Under the pieces are notes generated by a model that saw nothing but the letters and a program-made list of their open reading frames with translations, did no database searches and was not told where the DNA came from. Below, piece by piece: positions 26,188 through 40,988 of a stretch of DNA of 64,000 nucleotides; positions within the stretch are counted from its first letter, which is position 1, and each line of letters starts with the position of its first letter. The stretch lies in NCBI GenBank assembly GCA_023515725.1, contig JALDTO010000235.1, forward strand, positions 646,597 to 710,596. The letters run 5' to 3'. Origin of the DNA: Amoeboaphelidium protococcarum X5. Lineage: Eukaryota > Fungi > Aphelidiomycota. The position numbers were made by a program, and so were the translations under genes.

Positions 26188-27069
26188 TCATTTCTTAAAC
26201 AGTTTGGGATCTACCTTAAGTACACCTTTGACGTATTTCCCCATACCAGACTTTAATCCACGTTCAGAGCTAGATCTCGTATTTTTGATGCCCAAAAGCT
26301 GCTTGGTCTTTTATCGCTTGGTATTATTTCGCACAGTTTACGCTAGAGGATGTGATGAGCTGGTGAGAACTAATGATGATGATGACAATGATGAGGATTT
26401 AGAACCGGGATTTTTAACAGTCACCTATCTACCAGTAGTAGATGAAGCGAAATGGAGTCCATCATCGCCAGCCTGCTTAATTAGAGCCTATTGCTTCTCA
26501 GCGCGCTGCTTGCTCTTCTTCAGCATTCTCTGCATCAAACCTTGTGGCACCTTGCACTTCTCCTATTTGACGAGTCCGAGTGCATGTAGCTTCTAATCCA
26601 TAAATTTCCTTCTATCCTTACCATGCATATGTTTAAGCGATACTTGTTCCAATTCCATATTGACCAGCTTATGGAGTTCTTTATCCAATTTTAGATTCTC
26701 CAGCTCTTCGTTATCACTGTCATCCTTGTTATCTTGACGCGTCGCCTTACTTGCACCAGTCTTATCCTAAGGCGTATTAACTAAAGACTATTGGATGTCT
26801 TTGATGGATGCAGACATGAATTTCCGTCTATCCGACTTGCCGTTGTTACTCTTATTCTATCTTAGTCCACTATCATTAAATTCTACAATCTGCACCTTGT
26901 TTTGAGGCTTTTTTTAACCATTAACAGCAGAATTTTCAATCAGTGAGTTGGTGCGCACAGTCTAGTCTGGGTTCAACTTGTTAATAGACTATTATCGCTC
27001 TTATACAGCAGTCTTGGACCGAGTGTCTGACGCGTACAATGATATCAAATCCTCAAATTCTATTTGCAT
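26188..27069 (-). CDS. Probable 40S biogenesis factor, Faf1/C1orf131-like basic protein
   Basis: Open 293-aa frame. GKDRRKFMDQKLHALG..KVPQGLMQRM and C-terminal GLKSGMGKYVKGVLKV resemble the Faf1/DUF4602 family. Confidence 0.6.
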
Positions 27070-27180
27070 TTTGATTTATTGTATTAATTTGCTTTAATAA
27101 TAAAACTGTGCAGATCAAAGTGAAAACATGAAAAGGTCTAAGTAAATCAAAATCATCGTAGAAGAGCTTGTTAAAATTTA

Positions 27181-28350
27181 TCAATTTTTATCGCGCTATT
27201 GCACAGCTTACTGAGTAACTAGTTTAACTTATTCAGCGATTCTCTAGATATCCTTGGACGGTATATCTCCATCAATAAAGATAGAAGAGTTATCTGGCCT
27301 GAATAGTTTCGACCGATCAACCAACTATGAAGATGACAACCGCAATCGAGATATAATATACTTGTTGGCAAGATGAGATCCCAGTACCGCAGCATAGCAT
27401 AAAGAAACCAGCGAGACACCTGCAGTAACTTCATAAAATGACATTTATTCATATAAATATTCCAACTGTAATCGATCGATAGAGGATGCAACAATGGCAC
27501 CAGAACCACCGAGGATAGAAGTTACTCCGGCAGTTATTTTAGCAGTTGGCATCAGCTGTAATTTAGAAGAGGACAACTGACCATCGAACGCGTTAATAGC
27601 CAATTGGAAATCCAAATCATCTGAATATCTCAACTTTGCAAAATAGAATGGCATATACACCAAACTATATTAAGTCTACTCTACTTTAGGTGTGTTCTAA
27701 ACAGCTATTCTGCATCTTCGAAGATGGAAATTACACAAGTCTGTTGCTCTCCGAAGAACATTTTCAGTACTGTGATGTAAAGCGCGCTAATCCACATCAT
27801 TCCAACTAGCATTTTATTATAAAATTCCAGACTTAGATAAAACTTGCATTGTACAGCCATCAAGAGCAGCCATATTCAAGTTCTCGCGATTGGCATCTAA
27901 TCCTCTAATCAAATCGGACTTTTCAAAATTAACAGGAAACTGATTCCAGAGTTGCATATTATCATGATTAGATTTCACCAAACTCTACTATTTGAATGGA
28001 AGAGATATCTTGAAGGGATTTGTGAAATATCCAGCGCGGTAAACTCTACCCGCTCTACTAAGAACTGACTTTTCTTTAATCGCGTCAATATGCAATCGAA
28101 CATCCATCTCTACATTGAATACGTCTGTCTAAAGATAGAAAGGTACAAGTGCAGCCGAAATGTCTTCAATCTCTGGCTTTCTACTCATCGTGATGGATGA
28201 GTTTAAATGGTATATCCGCTCTACTCTCTCTCTTGCGTCATTAGCTGTAATCTTGAATGGCAGATAAAAAGCACGAGGATCTATGGCACTCTATTTTCTA
28301 ATTTACGCAAGTCTACCCTAAGCTGAACGTGCAGCAGAACTCAGCGACAT
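27181..28350 (-). CDS. Unknown 389-aa protein with Arg/Ser/Ala-rich N-terminus (possible mitochondrial presequence) and two C-terminal hydrophobic segments
   Basis: Continuous ATG-TGA frame with TAR=Gln. MSLSSAARSAQGRLAQIRK..., FYLPF, LVPFYL, VYMPFY, INAFDGQ. Confidence 0.65.
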
Positions 28351-28615
28351 ATTAATAATGGATTAATGTACCTATTTGATGAATGTAGTAAGTGATATCT
28401 CGTAACGTTGTCTACATGTGAGCTCCTCTTCAAACGCGCTCCATTCCCCCTATTAACACTACGCAGAGCGCGTTCCCAGAACGAGCGCGCGCGAATGAAC
28501 CCAACCTTAGCTCTGAGGTGAACGCGTAAATTTTCTTTCGCTGATCAAAAATAGCATAGGATTCCCCTTTGTAAGTGTGTAGATTCTATTAGTACAAAGA
28601 TTATATATATTCAGA

Positions 28616-29053
28616 ATGGGAAAGAGTAAAGTACGTGGTTTGAATGCAGCACGTAAATTGCGCACTAAGCGTCGTGAGAATCGCTGGGCAGACAAATCAT
28701 ACAAGAAGCGTGCCTTGGGTACTGCATATAAATTCAGCCCCCTCGGAGGTGCATCCATGGCGAAAGGTATTGTGGTGGAGAAGATTGGTGTCGAGTCCAA
28801 GCAGCCTAACTCTGCCGTCAGAAAGTGTGTGCGTGTACAGTTGATTAAAAACGCAAAGAAGGTGACCGCCTTTGTGCCAAGAGACGGTTGCTTGAATTTC
28901 ATTGAGGAGAACGACGAGGTGCTGATTGCCGGATTCGGTCGTAAAGGTCGCGCTGTCGGTGATATTCCCGGTGTTAGATTTAAGGTGATCAAGGTGGCTG
29001 GTGTTGGTCTCTTGTCGCTGTGGAAAGAGAAGAAGGAGAAGCCAAGATCTTGA
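28616..29053 (+). CDS. RPS23: 40S ribosomal protein S23 (uS12)
   Basis: [47 protein letters not shown]. Confidence 0.99.
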   Translation: MGKSKVRGLNAARKLRTKRRENRWADKSYKKRALGTAYKFSPLGGASMAKGIVVEKIGVESKQPNSAVRKCVRVQLIKNAKKVTAFVPRDGCLNFIEENDEVLIAGFGRKGRAVGDIPGVRFKVIKVAGVGLLSLWKEKKEKPRS

Positions 29054-29218
29054 TTACGCTTATCCTCTCATTACTATCTATCTATCTATTATCATTATTG
29101 TATTGTCGTCATATGAATAGTGATAATAATGATCGATACTATAATAATAAAATGGTAAAAACTTGATATTTATTCTTCCATTTTCTTTAGTATTATTTTT
29201 ATTCAAGCGACGTTTAAT

Positions 29219-30466
<1,248 letters not shown>

Positions 30467-30725
30467 CTTGCAGCAGAATATCTTATAACGTATACACGAT
30501 GATAGGCTGTATTTATATAGAGCAATGAGGAAAAGCAGATAAAAACGGTTGTTGAATCGAAAACTGAAAACAAAATTATGATCGACCGCTCCGATTCCAC
30601 AAATAACCCAACAATCAGAAAACTTTATGAAAATCAAGTTCAATATAAAAATCTCCCTGTACTTTTTCTTTATCATGTATGTGATTTGCAAAACATATTC
30701 ATAAAGTATATCAGAATGCAATCTC

Positions 30726-31202
30726 TCAACGACCAGCGGTGACGCGCTCAAAGACAGTGTCGTATGCCACCTCGCTCAGATCAGTGCCTTAAATCTCGCT
30801 GCCAATGCCGACGAGTTTACGTCTCAGCGCGTCTTTGCTCGCAGCGTAAAGCATCTTTGACTTCACTCGGCTCTGCTCAGGAGCCCACACGTAGAAGCAG
30901 ATCTTGTTGCGCACACCCTCACCTTGGGTATCCCACTCGAAATCATACACAGCATATCTGCAATCATCTCTAGGCAGACTGGCCACAAACTCATCATAAT
31001 CGCTGCACTCCTGCACAGTCTTTTCTACTTCAATCGCCTTGTTATCATCCGATAGCTTAAACACCACATACTTGTACTTCTTCTTCAATTTAAGCTCTTA
31101 ATATACGTGCAGACATTCGTCATTTACTTGTACTCCCGTGCTCTACAATCAGGTCGCTGTTAATGATATCAATCATGAAAATGGATATAAGTAACTTACC
31201 AT
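30726..31202 (-). CDS. Cofilin/ADF, paralog A; intron 31143-31199 directly after the ATG
   Basis: M|STGVQVNDEC, CRYAVYDFE, RNKICFYVWAPE, KSKMLYAASKDALRRKL, EI(TAA=Q)GTD. Confidence 0.95.
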
Positions 31203-31460
31203 TTTTGATATTTGTGTATTTTATTATTGTAGAAATAATATTCCGATCTATTGAGAAGAGAAACTTACGAAGGTAATCCCTAAAGGTGTTAATTGACGGC
31301 GCTCTCGAAAGAGTACTGAAATCGATGCGATTCACGGCGAGAATCTTGTGCGCGCGTGAGAGTCACACGATAGCTTAAAGAAGCTTTTAATGTGGCGCAT
31401 GTAATTTCTATTTGGACTTTAAGGAGTCTTCTGATTAATAAGAAACTCGGCCAACAACAA

Positions 31461-33134
31461 TCAGTTTTTACTCATCAACAAATCAATTTCACTTTTCAGT
31501 CTGTTCATGGTGTTGTTCACAAACATATCTGCACTGTTCTCGTTCAATGCACTTATAGACTCTGCAAAATCAGAGTACCGTCTCATCACGAGGTTCAGTT
31601 TGGCTTCAGGTAGAGACGATGGAATCTTCTTGATAGATGCAATATGTTGATCAACGACATACTGGAATCGCGGCCATAGTAACAGATTCACTCCATTCAG
31701 AAAAGAGTCCAGCGCTGGAATCCGTCTGTTCTGCATAATTATTTGGCACTGCGCGGTAATACGAATACACAGCAATAGACCGACCGCATCAAAACTATTC
31801 ATAACAATGGTCGAGATCATTTCCTACACAGACTTTATACTCTTACCGAACACCTACTGGAAAATCTCCTGAACCAATTATTTTCCATTGTAATGGCCTT
31901 GAGTAAAAGAGTCGGGAGGGCGAAAGAACTCTGTAATAAAACTGTACTCAGATGATGCATTGTCGAGTAGTGTCCTGCATACAGAGCGGAATACAGCTTC
32001 CACGAGATATTTAGCATTCTGTTCCTCCGCCACATGAGGGATAATCACAGGCGAATCCATGCTAGTTAGTTACTTGACTCTATCACCCAAAATGAATGGA
32101 CTTATTTTACCAGCCATGTTTGATAAAGCTGAAGTTCCCTTCCCAGTGGCCACCATCAACGCCTTTTTCAGATTCAATCCAGACTGGCCATCATCACTGC
32201 CGATTAGCTCCGTCTTATCTCCAACGGTTACAAGTGTTTTCTATAATCTACTCACGTACTTTCCAAATCTGGCACTGTAATACTACTACATAAGATACTC
32301 ATACGTCAATCTAATTTCAGTCGAGGCTTCATGATGTCTCATCGAGATGAAGTGATTATAAGCCCGGAAATTTAGTAGCATCTTCTAAACGACAGGAGCA
32401 TTTGTATTCTGACTACCCAGTTACTGCAATCTCTCTAATAGAAAATGTCGGATACGCTCTGTAGCTTTCAAGCGCAACTTCTCCATCACTGGGCCAATGT
32501 CCTTGTAAGCTCTGATATGATTGTGCGAATGCGATTTGACGTAATTCATTTTACGGTTCAATTCGATTAGAGTATGCAGATACAAATCCCCATGCAGATC
32601 ACCCTCACATAGCAGCTTAATCTCCTAAGGTGTCAGTAGAATACCTTCAATAACTGTGCCCATAGCTGCTTTGGCGGCCAGTCTATTCTTCAACTTGACA
32701 GACTTGCCAATCGAAATCTCTTGCAGTGCCTGAATATCATTCGACAGTTGAGCCAAATCACTTTAAAACCCATTCAATAGACTCTCCATATTTTACAAAA
32801 TCGCATCACTTCCTTTCACGTGCGTATACAATTCAGCCAGTTGAGTAGAATTCGCCACATGATTGTCAATCAAATGCTCTTCCTTTGCAGATAGCTCCTT
32901 CTTCAAACTAGCGATATGCTCTTTAACGTCGATTCCACTCTATGCAATACTATTAATGTACTCTTTATCGACTACACTCTCTTCATTCCCATGTTCATTA
33001 TTATTATTTGGACTTTAAGAATCAGCATCCTAATCATTTTCAACTTTAAACAGAAAATTCAATACTGCTTAATCGTTAGTTGACAAGGATTGCACATTAG
33101 TAGTTCTTTACTGCTATTATGATTCCACTTCCAT
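31461..33134 (-). CDS. VPS52: GARP complex subunit Vps52 (557 aa)
   Basis: MESLLNGFQSDL..LSNDIQALQ..S...VKLKNR, GPVMEKLRLKA, FILGDRVK, VEAVFRS..RTLLDNASSEYSF, FDAVGLLLCIR, LLWPRFQ, RRYSDFA. Confidence 0.9.
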
Positions 33135-33356
33135 TTATACAGAGATTATAAGATTTTAAAGTAATTAAATCAAGGATATAAAATCTACTCAGTGTTAGCA
33201 CAAACGTTCCTGGCAGTCAAAATCAAGAAATGCAAATTCGTTTCAGTTTAAATCTGTTGAAAGGAATAAACGAACGTCTTTGTTTCATTGAAGACGTTCC
33301 ACCCGCTCACGGATACAGTGTACCATTCATTAAGTTGAAGAAATCTTGAATAGAAT

Positions 33357-35018
33357 ATGCCATCTGCTTCTGGTGCAACTCTTACTTCATCTGCTTAAAC
33401 TTTTACATAAAAGAGACGGAATAACTATGCGCAGAAGCTTATAGAGAATATGTTCTATCTGTTGATGACTGTGCTATGGCTGACATACGATGCTTTTGTT
33501 CAATGGTGGAGCTGGTTTAGAGTCAATGTGGTCACTATGCAAAGTCGACGAGATCATTTATTATACGTTCTGCAAAGAGCTCAGACTTACGACGAGTGGA
33601 AACAGATTGCTCATCACCTTGATGTTATCATGAACAATGATGATTATTGTAATGACCCCGTCTCGGTTGACTATGATTTTAGATTGATTTCCAAGCGATT
33701 GTCTCAACTCAGGAAAGCGCGATAATAGAATGATGTTCAAATGCTGATTTACCGACTTAGAGCTGGCCTTCTGCGGAATTTGGGTGGTATCACTGACGTA
33801 AAACTGTACTAGCGATCATTATTGAGAACAAAAAAGCTGATAGAGGAGTATATTGAAGAAGTTCTGGACTCTTTCCGTTACGTGACGACCGTTCGCGATC
33901 CACAGCTCTCGTTTCAGAGTAAACTGGAATTCTTCGCCGATACGCGTCAATCTTTTGGCAACACGGCGCTCATTCTGCATGGCGGTGCAACTTTTGGTCT
34001 CTATCATCTGGGTGTGGCTAAATGTCTCTTTTATAATAATCTTCTACCTCGCGTCATTAGCAGCTCTTCCGTCGGTGCATTGGTGGCCGCGTTAGTTTGT
34101 GTCCACACTGACCAGGAACTGCCGGCTGTGTTTTAGGCGGAATGGCTTGACTTGCGGGCTTTTAAGAAGGTGGCCACGTCTGGTTAGATTTCGAGAAAGT
34201 TGTAGAGATTACTGAAAACTGGTCATCTTCTCGATGTTAATGTTTTGGATGAGTGTGTCAAGGACAATATTGGTGATATCACGTTTGAAGAGGCGTTCTA
34301 AAGATCAAAGCGGATTTTGAATATTGTTGTGTCAACCGTGGAAAAGACGGACGTTCCCAAGTTGTTGAATTATCTTACGGCGCCTAATGTACTGGTTAGA
34401 ACTGCTGCGATGGCCTCTTGTGCTGGTACTGGATTGTATGATTCTCTCCCTCTTCTAGCTAAGGATGCGAGAGGCTAGATATACTAGTTTCATAAATAAC
34501 ACATTTAGTGGCGCGATGCTAGTGCAGATGAAGGCCCTACTATGCGGTTAACTGAACTGTTCAATGTCAATCATGTCATAATGTCTCAGGCTAATCCGTT
34601 TGTTCTGCCTTTTGTCACTCAGCCTGCGATGACTAAGAATACTTTGACGCAGAAGTTGAGAACTTTAATAAGCATGGAAATTAGACATCGATTGAACCAG
34701 GTAAGCTTATACTCGTTTATGAGTTTAAAAGTTATCATGAATATCCTGTAGCTAAATGATGTGGGACTTTTACCTCTCTTTATGCGCGGAATAATTGACA
34801 AGAATATGATGGGAAATATTACAATCACACCAGAGGTTTCAATTCAAGATTATCGATTGGTGTTCTCCAATCCGTCAACTGATCAACTGAGTAAATGGAT
34901 AGTAAAAGGTGAGCAGGCCACCTGGCGATATTTGAATCTCATATACCATCGTCTGGTGATTGAACTAGAACTTGATAGAATTCTTCTCAGCTTGAAAGCA
35001 TCAAATAGTAATACATGA
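33357..35018 (+). CDS. Patatin-domain triacylglycerol lipase, Tgl3/4/5 family; intron 34701-34751
   Basis: AQTYDEWK..A..LD, GLLRNLGGI, RQSFGNTALILHGGATFGLYHLGV, LLPRVISSSSVG, LLNYLTAPNVL, LTELFNVNHVIMSQANP. Confidence 0.9.
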
Positions 35019-35536
35019 TGCTGTGTTGTGAAGCTGACACGAAAAGGTAACGCGTGTATTAATGAATCTTGAGTCATGGACTGCCGAACTACCTTTGAGC
35101 AGGTGGCTTAATGAATATTTTCTGAGCCTGTCGTTTAAAAATTACCAAATATGCACACTTTCCGGTGTAAGGGCCATAATAAGGATATTCAGCTAAACAA
35201 CTCTTCAATCACACGCGTATGTGCTTACACCAGCTCTCGCCAGCGATCATCCCTAACATCCTTACTTTTCTACGCGCGCGTGTGAAAAATCAGTAAGTGT
35301 CATAGTCCTGGTCTCAAAATCCCACCATATATTTGAAGTTATGATATCACAGTGCGCGCCACACCAAAATGGTTCTCCATTTCTCATCTTATATTTGCAG
35401 ACGCTCAAATATAAGATACTGTAATTCTATGCACTACAACTTGAAACCGGGAAATGAAATCCGTAAATCTACTCGTTATCTTAAACTAGAAAAAGCATCA
35501 AATTTGGATAGATCAACCAGAAATCTTAATATCATC

Positions 35537-36295
35537 ATGGCAGATTCATTGGAAGACAACCTGCTGTTAGACTAGGACTCAACAAAGCTAGTGCCCGTAT
35601 ATGATGAAGAAGTCATCGCGTCTGGCACGCAACTATAATCTGATAACGATAATAGCAAAAAGCGTAAGAAAACTACAAAGTCGGATAAGTCTGTATAGAA
35701 GACTAAAAAGCAAAAGAAGAGTATATATGGAAAGTAATTCGATAATAAAGATGATTTTACGTCATATATTTTAGATGTTGCCAAAGAAAATCTATCGACG
35801 CTGGATAGTCAATTATTTGAAGAGTAAATAGACTAGTTCGTGACACCATTTGATCAGTCCACGCGTTTGTCTGATCTAATCACTAGATCAACAGAGAAAA
35901 ATAATGTCAAGACTATAATACTATGCTCTGGAGCATTGCGATGCATTGAAGTCATAAAATAGTTCAAAGAGTAAAAGTTAAAGACTGCTAAATGCTTCGC
36001 CAGACATATGAAAGTGGACGAATAATTAAACTATATATCTGGTTCAGCAGTGGATGTAGCTGTCGGTACACCTAATCGCGTTCTTTAGCTACTTAATAAG
36101 AACGCGTTCGATAACGTTGACAGAATAATCATCGACATGAACAAAGATGTCAAGGATCGCACTATCCTCGATCTGCCTGAATGTAAGCGCGATCTTGTTC
36201 TTCTGTTATCCTCTAGCTGCACACGCGCCTTTGACTCTCAGCGTAATCTGAAAATACAGTGGCTGAATAATGATTACGAATTTGGCAGTAAATGA
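35537..36295 (+). CDS. CMS1: Cms1/CMSS1 small-subunit processome-associated protein
   Basis: MADSLEDN, IILCSGALRCIEV, AKCFARHMKVDEQ, VAVGTPNRV, KDVKDRTILDLPE. Confidence 0.85.
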
Positions 36296-36739
36296 AATAA
36301 AGATTATTGAAATATGATTTATTAAGTTTCCCCGCTTGTGCCACCATCAGTATTTTAAGCATGTATCATTCAAAGTAAACAACATTCGTCTGCAACAAAG
36401 CGGGCGCCAAGGAACCGCCGCGAGAAAACGGAGACTCCCGCTTAAGGGCGAATAGTAAGCGCACATTCACTTTTTAGCCGATCGGTTCTGGTGCAGCGCG
36501 CGCCATCTTTTATGAACATTTCCCGACTTCCTATCTCATCGGATAGAAACTCTAATAAAAAGCTTCACCTTGGTCTATTTAGCTAGCGCATTAAGAATAA
36601 AGTCTTGGTCCATATACTGCTGACATACTACTACTATTACTACTACAAATTCTTTTAATATTATAGCTATATATTAATAACAATCTCCAATTTGGTGTTA
36701 TCTTATCCGTATACAGTCAATATTACTCCAATTTACACA

Positions 36740-37138
36740 ATGTCTGATATAGTTGATATGAATATATTTTCGGAAGTCTTGCAAATGGACGATCCTGATG
36801 ATAACTCCTTCTCACAGTCACTGGTGGAATAGTTTTTTGGTCAGGCTGCAGAAACTATAGCTATTATCAAGGATGCATTTGCTAAGCAAGACTATGCTCA
36901 AGTTTCCCGCCTAGGACACTTCTTGAAGGGCAGCGCTTCGGCTCTCGGAATCACAAAGCTCAAAAGCACTTGCGAGAAGATTTAGCATTGCGGTGAATAG
37001 AAAGAAGGTACTCCTTTTAGTGGAATGTCTGTTGACTAATGTGCTCTTAAATTATAGGAGATGATCAAAGATTTGGATATCTAGGCTGCTGAGGCCAAGA
37101 TACATTTCAAGAAGCAGCTGGGATACAAAGATCTGTGA
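36740..37138 (+). CDS. YPD1: Histidine phosphotransfer (HPt) protein, Ypd1-like, 132 aa
   Basis: FSEVLQMDD..FSQSLVEQFFGQA, SRLGHFLKGSASALG (phospho-His), CEKIQH. Absent from the supplied ORF track. Confidence 0.92.
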
Positions 37139-37286
37139 GAGAAAGCGGTTATTATAGATATTTGCTACTTGATTTACGCGTATTTTAACTTTAAACCAGT
37201 AGTATAGATCTTGATAAGACAAAGCATTTTATTGCAATAGTTCATTAAAGGAGCTATGGGCGTCGAGAATCAATAGTAAAGCTTAA

Positions 37287-38363
37287 TCAGTAATACCAGT
37301 GGAGGAAGAGGAGAGTGAGTGATAGTACAAGAAAGTACAAGAGAACAAAGTTACGCCATGTCACGCCATATTGCAAAGTCTTCTTAAGTACCACGTTGCC
37401 CTTTTTCACGGTATCAGTCGTATAGTGAGCCTCGGTATAGAGATAATTAATCTGCTCAGCCTGAGATCCAATATGACTTTCCAACTAAGTTTGCAATTGA
37501 CTAATCTCAAGCAACGTTCTCTCGGTTTACCTACAGATATTTTATCACATTACGATCGAGAATATCATATAATGTTCTAAAAAGCTATCAAGTTCTTACT
37601 AGACTTAAGTTTCCATTGCGAGTAGATCCTCAAGCATCTCAGCATTCTCTAGTTCCAACATTTATCGTTCTTTAGAGGAGAGCTGTTATGCAGGATCATC
37701 TTCAGCAGCCACCTGATCATCGTCATTTAATTGTTGCATTGAGTAGAAACTACAAAGAGTTGATGATGGCGTTATAATCACACATATTCTTGACGCATAT
37801 ATTACTCTTATTATAAGTTCTAGCTATCACCTAGGTGAGAAATATCGCGAGACATCCTATCCTCTTACTCGGCAATGATTTACTTTGATAAAATAGCCAG
37901 CTACTCGGTCAATATTTGACATACTATAGTCCAGTGTGCGGATCTGACTTTATGATGAGATTGCAGTACCTGCGTCTAACTTTCAAGGCGACTAACACGA
38001 GCGACACTTTGCTTTATAAACAGATTAACCTGCTAATCAATGACCAAAGCATCACTTATAATTTGCTGTCTAGCTTTACTTTTCCCAATCTACTACAGCT
38101 GAGCAACTTTGGACTACTTTAGCAGACGTTACATGTTCTCAATACCACGAAGCTACACAAGCAAGATTGAACGCGCGCTAAATTGCAATAAAGCTAAAGC
38201 AAGATATACTTACAATATCAGTAGACTCTTTAACAATCTCAGATGAACGTTCGCCGCTTGAGTGAGACAATGGCTGCAAAATTACCCGTTAGATTTACTC
38301 TGGATCTGTCGAGAGCTTTCGCAGACAATCGCGATAATCAGAAGTTCTATCAACGGCAATCAT
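37287..38363 (-). CDS. Syntaxin 18/Ufe1-like ER Qa-SNARE; introns 38153-38213, 37750-37805, 37531-37599
   Basis: N-terminal DRTSDY, QMLELENAEML, ERTLLEISQLQ..L..H...QAEQI, V.KGN..L, C-terminal TM ...LLFLHWYY*. The introns reconcile the frames. Confidence 0.85.
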
Positions 38364-38622
38364 ACCCACAATACAGATTCGTTGCTTGAGCGACAAATGA
38401 CTGACTGACCGTTACTTGATGACAAAACATTTACTCTGAGAGGGAGAGAAAGAGGAGCAGAGAATTTACTGTGCAGCATTGCTCTAAGAAGAAACGACGC
38501 GACAAGAATCCCGTTTCACTTCGCGCGCGTTGTTTCAAGATTGCATTGGAATTGTCTCACCAATCTTGTCTGTACTTGAGTACTCAAAAGATATACAATA
38601 TTCTGCGTATAGAGTTACATAT

Positions 38623-40885
38623 ATGAATAAGAACACAAGTGGTAGCATTCAGTCTTAGACTGCATCCAAACTCAAGCCTCCGTCCTCGGTCAAAAAGGTA
38701 ATTCTGTCTATTGAACTCCTACAATCTTTGTAATATACAACATACTTTGTATGTAGATTTTAAATCACGCTGATAAAGAGAATGGCCCACCTTCTACTAA
38801 ACTAACTAATTCAAAATTAAATATAAATATTAAAGACATTGTTCCATGCAGTAAGCCATTGTAAAAGCCCAAAACTATTGCCAAAACAATCCTTGGTTAG
38901 TCAGGCGGGTAATAAGTCAAGACTAAGCCTATCGCCAAGGCTACTGCTAAGAATGTTAATCCTCCTGTAACTTCATCATAAACTTGCAGTGCCACTTCAA
39001 AGAGACCTGGTTGGGATATCAAAGGAAAGCTTCAAGATGCTGAAGCCAAGGTGGTTAGTCTAAATAGCTAGAATCAAGCTCTCTTGGCGTAGACTTTATA
39101 GTTGCAGCAGGAGATCGAGACTGAGATTAGCAAGTCTAAGATGGTGCAAGATGAGCGAGATGGTTTATAATCTCAACATTCTTCATTGGTCTTAGAGCTA
39201 TCACATCTCAAATAGTTGCTTAATGAGAAGGTGGCTGTTTTAGATGTGTTGAAGCGTGAGCACGAAGATGAAATTTAATTTCTGATGACAAAAAGTAAAG
39301 AATAGCTGCAGTAGTTAGAGATGGAGAATGATCAGTTCAAAGTCAACTTGTCTGAACTCAATATTTAACTTACTGTCTTACAGTCTAAGAATGTTGACTT
39401 ATCGGTATGAATTATAACCATATACGCGTTACTTGATAAATAGTTTGATTGACTTGTAGGAGCAGTTATAAAATTTCCAGAGAAGTGGTAGAGATATGAA
39501 GTTACAGTTCGATGTTCTTAAGGTGGAGTACGAGGTGAGATTTATTGTTCAGTTATAACCAACATGATAATTCATTGATTGTAGGACAAGTTTGAACAGA
39601 ATAAACGTCATAAAGGTCAACTGGAAGACGCGAATGTAAAAATACTGCAGCTTAATGAACAGCTGATAAAAGAAGAGTAGTAAAGACGGTATCTGCATAA
39701 TCTGGTACAAGAGCTGAAAGGCAACATCAGAGTGTTTTGTCGTATTCGCCCTCCTTTGGCAGAAGAAAACCAAGACTTGTCTCATATAAACTTATCCCTT
39801 GTGGATGAAGGTTCTGTTGCATTTATGCAAGTCTGCGTAAGAATGATATACTTATGCCTCTTAAACTTTGATATTATGATCAAGATTGTAGGAGAGTGCT
39901 GATGGTTAGCGGACTAATGTCAAAGAGAATTTATTCCAATTTGACACGACATTTCCGATTAATTGTACATAGAGCCAAGTTTTTGATGAAGTATCTCAGT
40001 TAATATAATCCGCATGTGATGGTTACAATGTTTGTATATTTGCATATGGTCAGACTGGATCTGGTAAGTGTTCTATGTTTCCGTAAAGCTATATCGAAAA
40101 TACTTAAATTTGTAGGCAAATCATTTACAATGGAAGGGAATATGAATAGCCCCGATCAGTTTGGAGTTATACCACGTTCGGCTCAGCTGATTTGGAATCA
40201 TGCCTAAAAATTGAGAGATCTTGGATGGGAATTTGAGTTTTCTGGTTCATATTTGGAGATTTATAACGAGCAGCTGTATGATCTTTTAAGATCTGATTAC
40301 GCACATTCTGATAACAGCGAGAAATTAAGCATAAAATTAGACTCTGATCATGAGATATACGTGGCTGGATAATCACAAGTGCCATTGCTGTCAGAGAAGG
40401 ATGTTTTGAAGATGATTACTAATGCGTCCAAGAATCGCAGAGTGGCCGAGACTTTGTGTAATGAGCGCTCTTCCAGAAGTCATTCTGTGTTCACGCTCAA
40501 CATCAAGGCGCGTAACTCTGGAGCTGATGAAACGTTATATGGATCTTTAAACTTGATTGATCTGGCCGGTTCTGAGAGATTGGCAAAGAGTGGTGCTACT
40601 GGGGATCGATTGAAAGAGACACAGGCCATTAATAAAAGTTTGAGTGCACTTGGAGATGTTATCATGGCTCTATCGCGTGGAGATTCTCACATCCCCTACC
40701 GTAATTCTAAGCTTACTCATCTACTGTAGAGTAAGCTGGGTGGAAATTCGAAGGTGCTCATGTTTGTCAATGTTTCACCAGGCGCAGAGAATATAAGCGA
40801 AAGTATCAACACTTTGAGATTTGCCACCAAAGTTAATAATTGCCACATAGGAGTTGCTAAGAGATAAACATTATAATACTAGTGA
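38623..40885 (+). CDS. Kinesin-14 (Kar3/Ncd type, C-terminal motor); introns 38698-38756, 39405-39459, 39535-39584, 39837-39891, 40064-40115
   Basis: KRPGWDIKG, coiled coil, [69 protein letters not shown]. Confidence 0.93.
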
Positions 40886-40988
40886 TGAAAATTGTTTTTG
40901 AATTTTGGGAATAAATGGTATAAGAATTTTTAAGTGATCATAGCAAATCTTTAATTTTTTTCTCTCCCACCAAACAGGAAGATTTGTG

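Noticed and set aside
28507-28992. 161-aa antisense ORF over RPS23, and similar antisense ORFs over SMC5, VASP, IPP1 and beta-adaptin
   Set aside because: Shadow ORFs caused by codon bias on the coding strand.
36398-36443. GC-rich inverted repeat AAGCGGG...CCCGCTT upstream of YPD1 as a structured ncRNA
   Set aside because: Only a 7-bp stem and no recognisable RNA family motifs; more likely promoter sequence.
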